A DNA stretch of 64,000 bases, taken from assembly GCA_030704615.1 (NCBI GenBank), contig CM060731.1, forward strand, positions 63,240,001 through 63,304,000, in the 5' to 3' direction. Source of the stretch: Takakia lepidozioides (taxonomy: Eukaryota; Plantae; Bryophyta). Below, piece by piece: positions 13,557 through 26,779 of this stretch; the first letter of the stretch is position 1, and every line of letters starts with the position of its first letter. The notes under the pieces are model-generated. The model saw only the letters and a list, made by a program, of their open reading frames with translations. It was not told the DNA's origin and searched no databases. The position numbers were made by a program, and so were the translations under genes.

Positions 13557-14640
13557 ATGGAGGAGGAGATTTGGAGCAGGCTCCCTTTGGAGTTAGTGAT
13601 GCTAGTGCTGGCCTGTTTGCCATATCCAAGTCTTGCCCGCTTTAAGTCGGTTTGCAAGTTGTGGAACTCCCTCCCATCCACTGCTTCTTTCCAACAACTC
13701 TGTCAGCACCTCCCTCTTCACCAACACTCCTATCTCTTGTTTTTTGGCAAATACTGCAAGGATGTATACTGCCAAGATGTTTGTACGTTGTATGCCCCCA
13801 CAACTCGACGGTGGCACAAGATCGGCCTCAACCTCCCCAAGCATCATTCAGTATACGGAGTTCCGGGTGCTGCAGATGGAGGCTTATTTTGCACATTAAT
13901 GGACAAAGACTTAGGGATTGTTTACAATCCTCTGTTGAACAGTTCCAGACAATTGCCTACAATTGCCTTCCCTGCCTCACGACAATTCAACAGATTTGTA
14001 CGTGGAAAGTGTACATATGATTGTGGATAGATGCAGCAACACCTACAAGGTCCTTGTGACGTCAACCGACGACGACGACGACGACGGAGTACGTTGGAGA
14101 ACGCACATCTACGACTCAACTTGCGATTGTTGGACCGAGACTGGAAACATGCCCTCAATAACCTCTCGGTGTTGTTCAGGAAGTGTGATATGCGGCCTTA
14201 CTCTCTTCGTTCTAATTTTTACACATGAGAACGAGAAAGACTACATTTTGATAGCTTGTGACATTGGCACGGGTGTGTGGACTAAAGTTGCTGTACCGAT
14301 GGTTGGTGGGCCGCATCGCGGCCGAATTCACGTCTCACCAACAGTCTGTGTGTGGGAGTTGAAAGTTTCTACAAGGAGTGCAGAGTGGCTGGAGATTGCA
14401 AGAACTGATGAGGTTGCAGGAACTAAGCTTAGTTTCGAGGGGATGTACTATTTTCAAGTGGTGAGCCATGACAATCTCTTATTCATGTGGACCAGACGCA
14501 ATGAAGTAATTGTGATATATGACATGAAGCAACACACATGGACATCCACTGGATTTCCACCTGAATTGCCAATGAGGGCCAAGCTACACATGGACTCTGT
14601 GGGTTTGGTTGGCGGTCTTAGTTTTGGTGCAAAAGTCTAG
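13557..14640 (+). pseudogene. F-box protein (F-box plus kelch-like beta-propeller), frameshifted
   Basis: IWSRLPLELVMLVLACLPYPSLARFKSVCKLWNSL F-box motif. A 10-bp tandem duplication ACAATTGCCT near 13950-13968 shifts the frame, and 57 bp are deleted relative to copy B. Confidence 0.85.
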
Positions 14641-15972
14641 CCAAGCTTTTCTTTTGTTTTTGAACATGTTCCAATTCCATCGGAGTGCAAGAAACGCGGA
14701 GTGCAAGAAACTGGGAGACTTGTATGGCTTCTTCTTTCCCTTCCCTTGTTGGGCTCCCATGAGCCATGTGCTTGGTGCCTCATGGCATGGTTACTTTGAA
14801 GGAGATTAGTTTTTCAAAAGTTCAGGTGGGGCAAGATTGGAATGTGCAACATGCATATTGATGTGATGAAGTTGGTTGTCCCTTATGTGCTCATAACTCT
14901 TGAAAGCCTCCTAACCAGTACCCAACATTAATATACTGGCAACACGTATACTGCACTCTTCATCATATACTTCACAACACCAGCCTAAACAGCCTGCATG
15001 ACAACTTTAACATCCCTACTACAGCTATCCACCACTGTTTCAGCAGTATCCATCTTATCGCCATCCAGTCCCTCACAGCCCTCATCACTAACAAACACAA
15101 ACTAGAACAAACTCATGCATAAGGTTTTAGTTTCAGGTGTTACGGCACCTCTGTCCTTATAGGGCCCACCCTTGAAAAGGGGAAGTAGCTGTAAGGTGAA
15201 GTGGCTCTTAGTTAGGCCGGCTCTGGCCGGAGTCTTTTCTCTCTATCTCTACTGCACTCTATGTAACTGTAATTAGTCATGTTGTCCAACACTTGACATT
15301 CTTCTTTCACACTTCCACATTGTCTTGTTAGCTTATTATTCACCAAGGAGCTTTTGAATTGTGGAGATACTATTACCATCTCCCTTGTTCTGGAGTCCAC
15401 ATTTTACATGGCACATTTCGGGCTTACGGCTGATTGCTGCAAAGAAGATGTGTAACTTGCATGCTTGACCCATGACAGTAGCATGATGCATCTGTTTATC
15501 CAAGTGCTTCTGAACTTGACCAACACAATCTTGGGAAAAGCTCCATCCAAAAGTTTGGCAATACCACGGTCCTGAAGCAAAGATCCGAGATACAAATACA
15601 GCTTCTTGTCCGCGACCACTAACAAGGTGCGGGAAGAATAGCCTGTAAACTCACCTGGTTTTATATGTAAGATTGGATACACTGGCAGACAATATCCTGC
15701 TCACCCTTAGATGACTCGAGACATCGAACATGAAGATCTCTGCCTGACAAAATTTCAGTGACAGATAATGGGTGAATGGCAGTTACCTTTCCAAAGTGCT
15801 AAATGTACAAGCACAGACCCCTCTTTATTGGTCATCAGTCATCACTGAACTGAAAATAGACTCGCAAATTTTCAAACTCAAGCAGGAGACAGGAGACAGT
15901 GGAAGTCCTGGGACACCATGATTTTTACATAGTAAAGTGAGCCAGGGGTTAGACATAGGGATCACTGCTTGC

Positions 15973-16121
15973 TTATACAGTGGCCTGCTCAAGAGGCGAT
16001 GGGGCCTCCTTATTAACCGATGCCGAACCCTGGAGCAGAGGGTCAAGGGGCATTGGGCGTAGATGCTGTAGCAACTGGTTGGCCAGCACAAGTGCAACCA
16101 TAGCCTCCACCATCGGCACAG
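15973..16121 (-). pseudogene. Orphan last-exon fragment of chorismate synthase
   Basis: AVPMVEAMVALVLANQLLQH matches the plant chorismate synthase C-terminus and is preceded by a CAG acceptor; no other exons seen. Confidence 0.7.
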
Positions 16122-17887
16122 CTGTCTCAACCCCACCAAACAACATGTCAGCCCTCCCAGATTGCCCAATGTCAACCACCTCAAGGAATTAGAAGGAACT
16201 AAACAAGGCAAAGAAGCGATTGGACGAAGAGGATGGGCAATTTGCTAAAACCTGTACACCTGTAAGAAAAGGCAAACACTCGATGTGCTCATCAGTCTGT
16301 TGTACTACAATCAATTTGATGTGTCAAAGATGTCATGCCTACTGGAGCATTCCTGTCGAATTAATCAAGAGCTTGAAGAAACTTGCTCAATGGCTCTTGA
16401 GCAGCAAAGACAGCAAGTAGGTGAACTAGAAATTACAAGATCTGGGGTTTTGTCTAAGGCACAAGAAACCACTCACAGTAAAGAATCAGTTAATGATAAG
16501 AATAAAATGTTGCAACGACTTTTAAGTTTGGACCTGATCATTCTTCAAACCCTTGGCAACATCACTCCCTATCTCCACATTGTTATTTTTGGAGAAGTTA
16601 ATGGCTCCTGGCTATGTAATAAGCAGGGTATACAGTATAATGGCTAATGTATAAGCAAGGTAACATTCATTGCCAGGATGGTGAAGCCTGGTCCGTCTCT
16701 AACACATCAGATTGCTTCCGCAGTAGTCCCCTACTTGTGGTGTACCAAAGAATGATGGGAATTGGGACCAGATACTAGAACAACAAATGCTTTTGTAAGA
16801 GCTAGACTACAAAATTCCATCCACACCCAAACTCATACTGTAAGCTACAAGGAATATATATACTGGAAGGTGGACACCTTTGTGCCTTTGTGACACCAAT
16901 CAGTGGATAGAACCCACAACCAATTCGGAGGACATCCGGTTGAAGAGACACACCTTAGGTTCACAGAATTATACACAAGGCTGGGTGTTCTGGATACACA
17001 ATGTCAAGAAGATTTAATGTTGGAGCCACTGCAACTAGATTCTACAGTATCATCATCTTTTGGTTTAAGTATCACACAACCGGAAATGATAAAAAATTCT
17101 CTTCACCTGAATCTCCTGGAGCCTGTTTAATTCGTTTTGGTTATAGCTTTGATGTGGCTTTCTCTTGATCTGCTTGGTAAGGTTGCTAGCGATCCCCAGC
17201 AGATGCAAGATGTGCTTAAAATGCAAAAGTCGTGTGAGATCGGCAAGCTCTAGTAGAGCATGTGAAGGTGGTGTAAGGTACTTCTATCATGAGCTTGATT
17301 GGATTTTATCGTGCAAATGTTGCAGAGCATTAGAAGTTGTACTTTGTCCTGGATCTCCACCAAGTTGGGTGAATTAGGGTGTGCAGACCATTTTAATAAC
17401 GTGTTGTCTATCAACTTAAATACTGTGCAGCAGGGTATAGTGGGAGCAATGGTGAAACGCCTCGCACCAATGCTCGACATATGGGCAAAGCTGGTGATAA
17501 GGTGGAGGGGCTGTGGAGGTGAACAAAGGAGAAACATGAATACTTATTCTCTGTAGCTTAAGGTTACTGAGTATAAATGAATCGTAGCAACAACAGAAGT
17601 GCCATCCAGACATGTCACACAACTCAGAGAATCCTTTTTGTGCAAGTTGCATACATTGCTGACAAGAGTGCAAACTTTTTTGATATTGAGGTAACAATAG
17701 TTTGACTTTAATTTCACTCTAATGGCAATTTCTCCCTCCCTCTCTCTTTCTGGGTCTATGGCCACAAGGCTATGGCAAACTCTCTTTCTCTACCTTGTCT
17801 GCTGAGCCATCCTGACTGCCCGTAAAGTAAAGCAGAAGCAATCAACCCCCCTGGGGCTATTACACAATCTGAATAGTTGGCATGAAG

Positions 17888-20435
17888 TCAACTTCTTGTG
17901 GTTGCTGCTGATACTGAGAGTTCATCCTCCTCTTTGTAGGAGAGACTGCGGGCTGTCTCAAAAAAGTGGGCGACACTATCTTCCGGAGTGCCAACAAGCA
18001 CACCGTGCCCCAGGTTCAGGATATGACCTTGGTTTCCTGCCTTGCGCACCACGCTGCCATGCATCAATCAACCAGCCAAAGTCAACCCACATTATGAGAG
18101 AGAGAGAAAGAGAGAGGAATCACATGTACTTATAAGCTCTAGGATATGGCATCAAGTAGATGCCTTTCCCTGTCGTTTGATAACAATTTAGTGAGGAGCT
18201 GCCTTAGCCTCCCCGTCACAGATTACTTGCAAGATTCGATGAAGCTGGTGACAAACACGACATGCAAGTGGAGGTAGAGGAAGGAGATATTCCTTCACCA
18301 TGGGATTTACTGCAGAGGGAAAAATGACAGTCCTTCAAGCTCATGTGATGAACTTGTTTACATGGAGTACCACCATAGACTATAGAGTGACACAAGTGAG
18401 AGCAGAGGGTCAGTCTGTCCTCTGGATTCTCAATCAACTGGAAGAAGACATCGAACCCAGTGGCAGAACTTGAGGGAGGCCAGATTCAGAGAGGAAGGGA
18501 ATATTCTTGATAATGCCAGATCCACACCATTTGCACAACAAGCTGCTATCAGATTTATGATTCAATTTGAACTATGACCTTCATAACCTCCAGAATGAAC
18601 ACACTGACATTACCCTCTTGCTAAGAAGGATTCAAGAAAGGAACCTTTCAATGGCGTCCGTGACTGCAGAAAGAGGAGCAAAGAGGACAGCAGGGTCAAC
18701 GTTCCCTTGCACAGCCATGGAGTCTCCTAAACGCTTACGCCCGTCTGCCATATCTACAGTCCAGTCGAGCCCAATAACATCCACCCCAGTGTCTTGCATC
18801 CTCTCAAGCAAGCCACCATTCCCATTTGCATACAGCACCAATGGCAACCCAGGACACGCCTCTCTCACCCTGGCCACCAGCTGTTCACAGTTTTGCCAAA
18901 GTAGGTTAACACGTAAATAGTCGGGGGAAGGTAAGAGCAAAGACCAAAACCTTGGGTAGAATAATTTGCTGATATATGCATGTATCCACAAGTACAGATC
19001 AATTACCACTTCCCTTCACCAATTAACACCATGTGTATGACATTCACTAAAGACATGAGACTGATCAGAGATGCACACCTGCTGAATGTATGGTTTTGAC
19101 CAGCGATCCCATTGATCAGGAGTAAGTTGGCCACCCCAGGAATCAAAGATTTGGATACACTGAGCACCTGCCCTGACTTGAAAAATGACATACTCCGCAA
19201 TGGCTTGTGCCAGATGTGACAATATTGATTGCAGCAGAGCAGGCCCCTGATGTGTCATAGTCTTGATTTTCGTATATGTGCGGGTTGTTCCACCTTCCAC
19301 AATGTAGGTAGCTAATGTCCATGGAGACCCCACAAACCCTAGCACAGCTGCTTTATCACCTACCTGCACAAGAAGGATCATACATTCGCTAGATCAAGTT
19401 TTTCTCTCCAAGCACAGCAGGAACAGACATTACTGCCGACATGTAGGTAGTGCCTAATTCTCACGGGCATTTCATTTGCAGCAGTGGATTCAGGATAGAG
19501 TCACACCTCATCACGCAAAATTTTCAATGACTCCCCCACGAAATGCAATTTGTCCAGCTCAATCGTGTGTAATCCCCGGAGTCCTTCCTCTGACCTGATT
19601 GGCGACTCAAGAATTGGTCCCTTCACCTCGTCGATCTCAAATGGTATGCCAATAGCTGGAAGAGGTGTGAGGATATCAGAAAAGATAATGACACCATCGG
19701 GCCTGAAGGCCTTCCAAGGTTGCAATGAGATCTGTACAATCAAGTCTGTTTGCTCTGACCGCTCCCTGAAGGAAGGAAAGCTCTCTGCAAGCTTGCGGTA
19801 GGATGCCATGTAGCGCCCGGCCTGGCGCATCATCCATGCTGGGGGTCGTTCTACTTTCTCCCCCCTTGCGGCCCTCACTAGCAAGGGCTCTGCCATCCAT
19901 CAATAACCAGCCTTTGGCATAAAAGTTGTTAGTCTGGTTCCAAAAGCTTGCAGGGAACTGTGCAAACAGAGTAAAATCACACTATGTTACAGTCTCCCTC
20001 CCCCTGAGATCTTCCAGGAGTGACAGTCAATGATGGGCATCTTCATACCACACTGCTAAAAGCATATCTCACTCCACCATTGCCATATACAAGAAGCAAA
20101 CAATGTCTGCAGGACAGTAACGCACCCAACGCATCTAACGTAGATTGAATGCAGTTGGACGTTCCTGGCTCCGCTGCAGCTCGTGCTGTTGCCCCGATTG
20201 CGCTTTTCCTTCTGCTGGCAAATTCTCCCTTCGTGTTTCGTTGATGTGAATGCTTTGTGGCAGTACATACCACAGAAACGCCAAAGAGAACTCCAACTTT
20301 GTTGACGGTATATTTATTACTGTTAAAGAGCGAGTGAGAAAAACTCATCCGTGAAGGTCCAGTGTGAACAGTTGCAGCGTGGTGGCATAGCCCATTGCGC
20401 TTCTGCAACAAATGTCTGTGTCCCACTAACTCCAT
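17888..20435 (-). CDS. HEME1: Uroporphyrinogen decarboxylase, plastid (HEME1-type); ~5 exons, start codon uncertain
   Basis: [87 protein letters not shown]. Canonical GT-AG introns in compatible phases; transit-peptide-like first exon ends at 20126. Confidence 0.95.
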
Positions 20436-21904
20436 CTCCGATATGTGGGTCTTTGTGGTGCCCGGTGCTGGCCTGGCACCAGTGCGCACAAGAGACTGAG
20501 CTGGGCTTGCCCACACTTCTCTGCATGAACTCCCAGGCTTATCCCGGATTCGAAGTTGCCGCAGTGATTTGAAATTCCAACGATTTTTTTCGGAGTTGCA
20601 AAGATCATCCCACCCCCTATCTCGACACAACGGGATTTGTCTACGATGAATGCGATGTTCCGTCTCAAGGTGACTGCGACAACATATGTGTTATTACCAC
20701 GTACATTTAACCATGTCACCTCAACGAGATTGTGCAGGCTCAAAGATCGATCTAAAACTTTAAAGTTTGTTGTGAGCAATGAGCGTGGCAATACCGTCTT
20801 GCGAGAGATTGCACATGGTGCAGCAGATTAAGCGCCCGCTGAATGGGGCATCCACCTTGGCCGAGTTCCTTGCAGGTGGTGGCTATGGCGCCTCCCAAGC
20901 AATCAAAGGAAGCAGTGAAAGGTTAAGAAACTAAACTCTTTCTGGTGATTGAAAGTACACAATATTTGATGAATAAGTGGATTGGGTAGTGTTGTCTTGA
21001 AGATGGAATTCCTAAACCCATGACCTCCTAAAACAACGCGGTTTCAGAGCTACATAACTAAATAGTAGCCCCTGTACACTTTGTGTGCTCCTCTGGATTT
21101 TGCAAATGAAATTGCTTTGAGACTTGTCAACAGTTTCAAGCCATTTGGGGGGCATTGCACAGTAATACAGGACGAGGTTTATGGACAGGCGGATGACCAT
21201 GGAGGCTACCTGACAGGGGAGAAAAATGAGTGACAATGCCTATGCAAGTTAATATCTGTCAGAGAAGTTGCTGTCAAAGGGGAATATCCAAAAATCCAAA
21301 ATACATACAGGAGAAGCGTGAATATTTTTCAAACCCCAGTCAATGGTGGGACAATCAACACAATAAGGTGAATACTGTTACTTTATAGCAAAAGTGATTG
21401 AATAACTTTAGTGCACAGCCCCCACCCTCTATCTTTTCTCTCCCTCTATGTGCCCTTTCTCCTCCAATACTGTGAATGGCAGTGCCATCTGTCACATCTA
21501 GAGGCTAGGGAGCAGGGCTGGAACAACCTCATACTTTCTAGTACTCAAGTAATGCCAGCATGTTCATATACTGAATTTCTTGTGACTGGAAACCCACATG
21601 TATGACATCTCTTGCAACCTACAGGGCCAGAGGAACCTGCATGCTTTACAGAGGATTATTGTGAAGGGACAGAGGTATGGTGATGCAATGGTAACTACAA
21701 TCTCTCATTTTCTGCAATTCAATGTGAGGTGCAACTGGGGTAACCACAGCCACATGTGTCACGATGTAAGGTGGAAGTCATTGTGGCCTACTTCTCTGTT
21801 TGACATGGCCATTGCTTGCAAGGACACATGTAGACACACTGTCTCTCTCTCTCCCTCACACACACACACACACACAAGGTTGATCTGGAGTCTAAGGTTG
21901 TTTC

Positions 21905-22978
21905 CATGAAGGCCAAGCTGGCTTTCGGAGAAACAGGGGCTGCGTTGATTATATCTTCACTCTAAGCCAGATTATCCAGGGAGGGAAAAAAGAAGGGAAA
22001 CCCACTTTTGTCTTTTTCTTGGATGTCAAAAAGGCAGAGATGGTCTATGGCTTCGACTCTGGTTGTCTGGGATCAAGGGGAAGATGTGGAGAGTGGTATA
22101 ACTTGTATGCTCATACCAAAAGCTGTGTCACTGTTAATGGACAGAAGTCTAACTTCTTTGACATAGACCCAGGTGTAGCTCAAGGATGTACCCTCTCCCC
22201 TCTGCTTTCAATGTTTTCATCAATCAACTACTCGAGGATGTGGAAAGTGAGGGATTTGGGTTAAGGGTGGGTGATGCCACCATACCAGCCCTTATGTTTG
22301 CAGATGACTTCGCAGGCATAGGAGAGTCTCCATCCAATCTTCAGGAGTTGATTGATTGCGCGAAGAGATACTTTGACGTTTGGGGGCTAGAGGCTGACGT
22401 CAGTAAATGAGCAGTGGTGGCATTCTACGACCGTGGGGAGGGAGGAGGCGACCTCAAGTGGCAGTGGGGAAGCCAAGAGATCGCTGTCCTCCCTTCCTAC
22501 ACTAACCCTGTAATAGGGAAGTGCATATACAGAAAGTTGTTCAATCTGGCAAGCGCAAAGTTGGGTCTCACAAAAAATTTCCACTGCAGAGGGATCAACT
22601 CTGAAGTAAAAGAAAACCTTGCTTTGCTGCGTTATTAGGCCTACCTCGGAGTACGCATCTGATTTGTGGGTTGATAACACCAACCAGGGTAAGTCTCTAG
22701 AATCCATTCAAGTGGGGTTGCTCGGATCAATTGTTTGTTTCAAGGTAAGTCAATACTACCGGTGTCAGCCCCTTACAAAGGTAGCTCAAGCATCATTACA
22801 TTGTGCCTAGAGCTTCATACCTCAGCATTGCAAATGCAGACCTCCCAGGATTCCGATCTTTCTCTGTTTCTGGCTTCGCTCTTTGTCTTCTATTCTTTCT
22901 TATTTCTTGCTTCCTTTTTGTCCCATAAGCTCTTTGAGCTTTCTGCGGACGTTATATTGTACCATTTCATGTCATTTC
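21905..22978 (+). mobile_element. Degenerate LINE (RTE/RTEX-like): RT fragment plus 3' UTR with (CATTT)-type tail
   Basis: GVAQGCTLSP, FNVFINQLL, LMFADDFA motifs; 3' end shared with 25164-25500 and 34770-35105. Confidence 0.8.
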
Positions 22979-23339
22979 TATGTTCTGCTAAATACTGTTA
23001 GTATAATCTTTATCATGGAAGACAGCGAGCCACCCGTGGCATATTCCAGGGAGGAGAGTTCTGATATTTTCAAAGAAAGGGATAGTAATTTCTGTCCTTA
23101 GCAGAAAAGTTGTATGTTACTGGGTGCATATGGTATTCCACTTTTTAGACGTTTATGTTTTGTCAGTGTGACAGTGAACACAGTCGTCAGAAGTGGTGCT
23201 TGGTAGCCTGCATGAAAGGGCAGTAACGGTATTGCATGTAGTGTCTATGGTATTTTTGGTGCCAACTGTGCACCTCCCTTCTGTGATGTGGAAGGGTTAC
23301 CAACACAGAATGAGCCTGTCTTCATAAAGAGATCTTTGG

Positions 23340-26180
23340 TGTAGGTTGCAGCTTGGAGACATTCAAGTGGATTTGAGTGTCAAGGTTTGAAGTAAAAGCT
23401 TGCAACATGCAGGATGGCAGGTTTGAATCAGGCCACTCCCCCACCATGACCACCACTTTTGAAAAAGGGCCAAGAGAGGGAGTCAACAAGAACTCTTCTC
23501 TCTCTTGTGGAGATATCAGGACAACATGTAAGACAGAACAACTGAAAGTGGTGCTGCGAATTTTGAGCCAAGGAGGCATGTCTGCAGACTCCAATACTTG
23601 CATCTTTTGCAGGATGCAACAAGATCAAAGGCCTAACAGAGGGAAAGCAGGTCCACTCCCCCATTCTCCTAAGTGAATACAAACCAAACATCTTTCTACT
23701 CAATGCCCTTGTAAACATGTATGTGAAGTGAAGTATGGTGCACGTCCGATGTTCGACAATTTGCCTGAACGAGATGTCTTTATCTGGACTCTAATGATAG
23801 AAGGATATGCCAAGCATGGGTATGGTAGGGAGGCCTTAGAGATCTACGAGAAAATGATACGGACAGAAGTGATGACCAACAGGGTCACATTCATTTGTGT
23901 CCTCAAGGCGTGTGCAGCCATGGGTTCTCTGGAAAAGGGCCAAGTGTTCCGTGCTGACATCAGCAAAGCTGAAGTTTCACCAGATATCATTTTGGAGGAT
24001 ACTCTCGTTAACATGTATGGCAAATGTGGGAGTGTCAAGCATGCGCGTCAAGTGTTCCATAACATGGCTAAGCGAGATGTGGTGTCCTGGAACACAATGC
24101 TTGCAGGACATGCTCAGCATGGGTGTAGTTGGGAGGCTTTTGAGACCTACGAGCAAATGACATGGGAAGGGATGATGCCCAACAAGGTCATGTTTGTTTG
24201 TGTCCTGAATGCCTGTGCTAGCCTGGGAGCCCCAGAAAAGGGCAAGGATGTCCATGCTGACATCATAAAAGCTGGAATTGCGCCAAAATCTTGAACTTCA
24301 TGTGCATCCTTTAGGCTCCCACATTGGCATACGTGTTGACAAGGGCAGTCTCCAGAATGATATTATGGCGAAACGAAATGTGGTCTCATGGAGCTCAATT
24401 ATAGCAGGATATGCCCAGCATGGGTATGGCATTGAAGCCCTGCAACTATTTGAAGAATGCAACAGGAAGGCTTGAAGCTGGATGTAGTATCATGGAGTGC
24501 ATTGATCACAGGATATGCTCAGAATGGGTGTGGTAGGGAGGCTTTTGAAAAGGGGAAAGAGGTCCATGCTGACATCATCAAAGCTGGAAGTACACAACAT
24601 GTCATTCTGGAGACTGCCCTTGCTGACATGTATTGCCAAATGCAGGAGCATCGAGGATGCATGTCAAGTGTTTGGTAATATGGTCGAAGGAAATGTGGTC
24701 TCATGGAACACGATGATCTCAGGATATGCTCAACACGGGTGTGGTATGGAAGCCCTGCAACTATTTGAAGAAATGCAGCAGGAAGGCTTGAAACCAGACA
24801 GGCATCACTCGCTGCTTGTAGCCATGTGGGTTTGGTGGATGAAGGGTGTTGCTACTTTCATTCCATATGTCAAGATCGTGGCCTCACTCCTACAGTGGAG
24901 CATTTTGGCTGCATGGTGGACCTTCTTGGCCGAGCTGGGCGATTGCATGAGGCAGAGGATTTACTTAACAACATGCCAGTGGAACCAGATGTTGCTGTGT
25001 GGAGGGCCTTACTTGGTGCCTGCAGAGTTCATGGCAACATGGAGGTGGCAGAACGTGCAGCAAATGCCTTCTCAGGAGTGATCCACAGGATGCTCTACAA
25101 CTTATGTGCTGCTATCAAATATATATGCTGCAGCTGGCAGGTGGGACAATACTGCAAGGGTGAAGTGAAATGAAATGGGACTTTATAACATCCGCCGAAA
25201 GCTCAAAGAGCTTATGGGAGAAAATGGAAAAAACAAGAGAGAGGAAACAAAGCCAGAGCCAAAAAACAGCCCAAAAGAAAACTGCTCAAGGGAATGTCTA
25301 AGGGTCAAGGCCTCGTGTAGGTAAGCTTCCAAGCATTTCTGATCCTCATAGTGGAAGACTTCAGTGAGAGATTGAGTTCCACGGAATTGATAGTATCATA
25401 ATATAGAGGGCAATAAAAGAAGTGTTCTTCAGTTTTAATTTCCTGGTTGCACCCGGTGCAAGCTGGGCATAGGCGATCCTCCCGCTGCAGGTTTTCCATC
25501 TACCAGTCTCTATCCGTAGATTGTGGGACCCACCCTGGACCGCCCCAATGCCCTCAGGAGGGAAGGAGATAAAGGCATCAAAAGGTAATTGGGCCGCAAG
25601 ACTCTATCATCACACCGAACCAAGAATGTCTCTCGATAGAAATGGAGTTTTGTTGTGAGATTGGGTAGCTTCCAAGTTCTCTTGACATGTAGTTCCATAA
25701 GTTCCCTTCTAATGAGTCTGTTGCGATCGTGTTTGGATGTGAGAAAAATGATGAAGGACAAAGGTGTCAGAAAGGACCCAGGTTGCTCATCCATTGAGGT
25801 CAACAATCAGGTGCATATATTCCTTGCCGATGACAAAGTGCATGCACAAATTGGAGAAATTGTTAGAGTTGAAAAGGTTGTCTGGGCAGATGAAGGAAGC
25901 TCGGTACATGCCTGACACACGTTTGCTATTGCAGGATGTGGAGGATGAGCAAAAAGAATTTTCTCTTGCCCACCATAGTGAGAAGCTGGCCATTGTTTTT
26001 GGGCTCATCAGCACAACCCCTCGAACATCTTTCCACATCATCAAGAATCTTCGAGTCTGTGGGTGACTGCCACATGGCCACCAAGTTCATCTCAAAGATT
26101 GTGGGGCGAGCAATCATTGTACGGGATGCCACCGCTTTCACCACTTCCAAGATGGGGTTTGTTCTTGGGATTACCGGTGA
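23340..26180 (+). pseudogene. PLS-E-DYW PPR pseudogene, interrupted by a LINE and a micro-inversion
   Basis: PLS repeats, E domain, PG box (KDPGCSSIEV), HHSEKLAIVFGLI, KNLRVCG/DCHMATKFISKI, terminal D-Y-R-stop; multiple frameshifts. Confidence 0.92.
25164..25738 (-). mobile_element. 5'-truncated LINE inserted in the PPR E domain
   Basis: C-terminal Zn motif (REDRLCPAC..EEHFFYCPLY), 3' UTR and (CATTT)n tail. The PPR frame breaks at ..TARV and resumes at VRKMMK; short duplicated GTGA at 25160-25163 and 25739-25742. Confidence 0.88.
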
Positions 26181-26779
26181 GACAAGAAAGATGTATGAAA
26201 AGAAATGTCCCTGTAAATGTGGGGGTGGAAATGTCCATCTATTCTGATTTTTACAACCAAAGAGCAAAGGCGAAGGACATGAACTGTCTTGGGAGTACTG
26301 TATCCTCTTTGACTTGCTCAGGGTGGAACTGCTGTGGCAGTTACAGAAAAGCAGGGGGGTTGTTGATGATGGGTTGTGCCAGGAACAGAAATAGAAATCG
26401 ATCATCTTGGAGTATCTGGTATTAGGCATGCAATTCAATTGACCCCACCATCTGACCTTGAACTCATCATGTTGACAGCTCAAGGTGGTACGCCAAACTC
26501 TAGCTGTTCTTGAGTATGCTGACAGGCTCTCTCCCTGAATGGATTCTGAAGTCTTAGCATGGTTGCATGATAGATCTGTACTCCAAGGTAGGCCTAATAA
26601 CGTGGCAAAGCATGGTCCTTTTCACAGAGAACTCTAGTGGGAGTGGCCTCCATCAAAAGACAGGCAAAATTAGTGGATAGTCTATTAAAGTGACCCCTCT
26701 GACCACAATGTGCAACTCATTTGCAGTTGCATTATCATTCAAGTGACGGGCCCACCATTAGTGAATAATTTGAAAGTGG

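Larger units (their letters stand above)
13275..17341 (+). repeat. Dispersed direct duplication, copy A (partner 47943-51791)
   Basis: Colinear near-identical sequence from AAAAGCAAGAGCGA.. to ..GAGCATTAGAAGTTGTA, with copy-specific indels. Confidence 0.95.
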
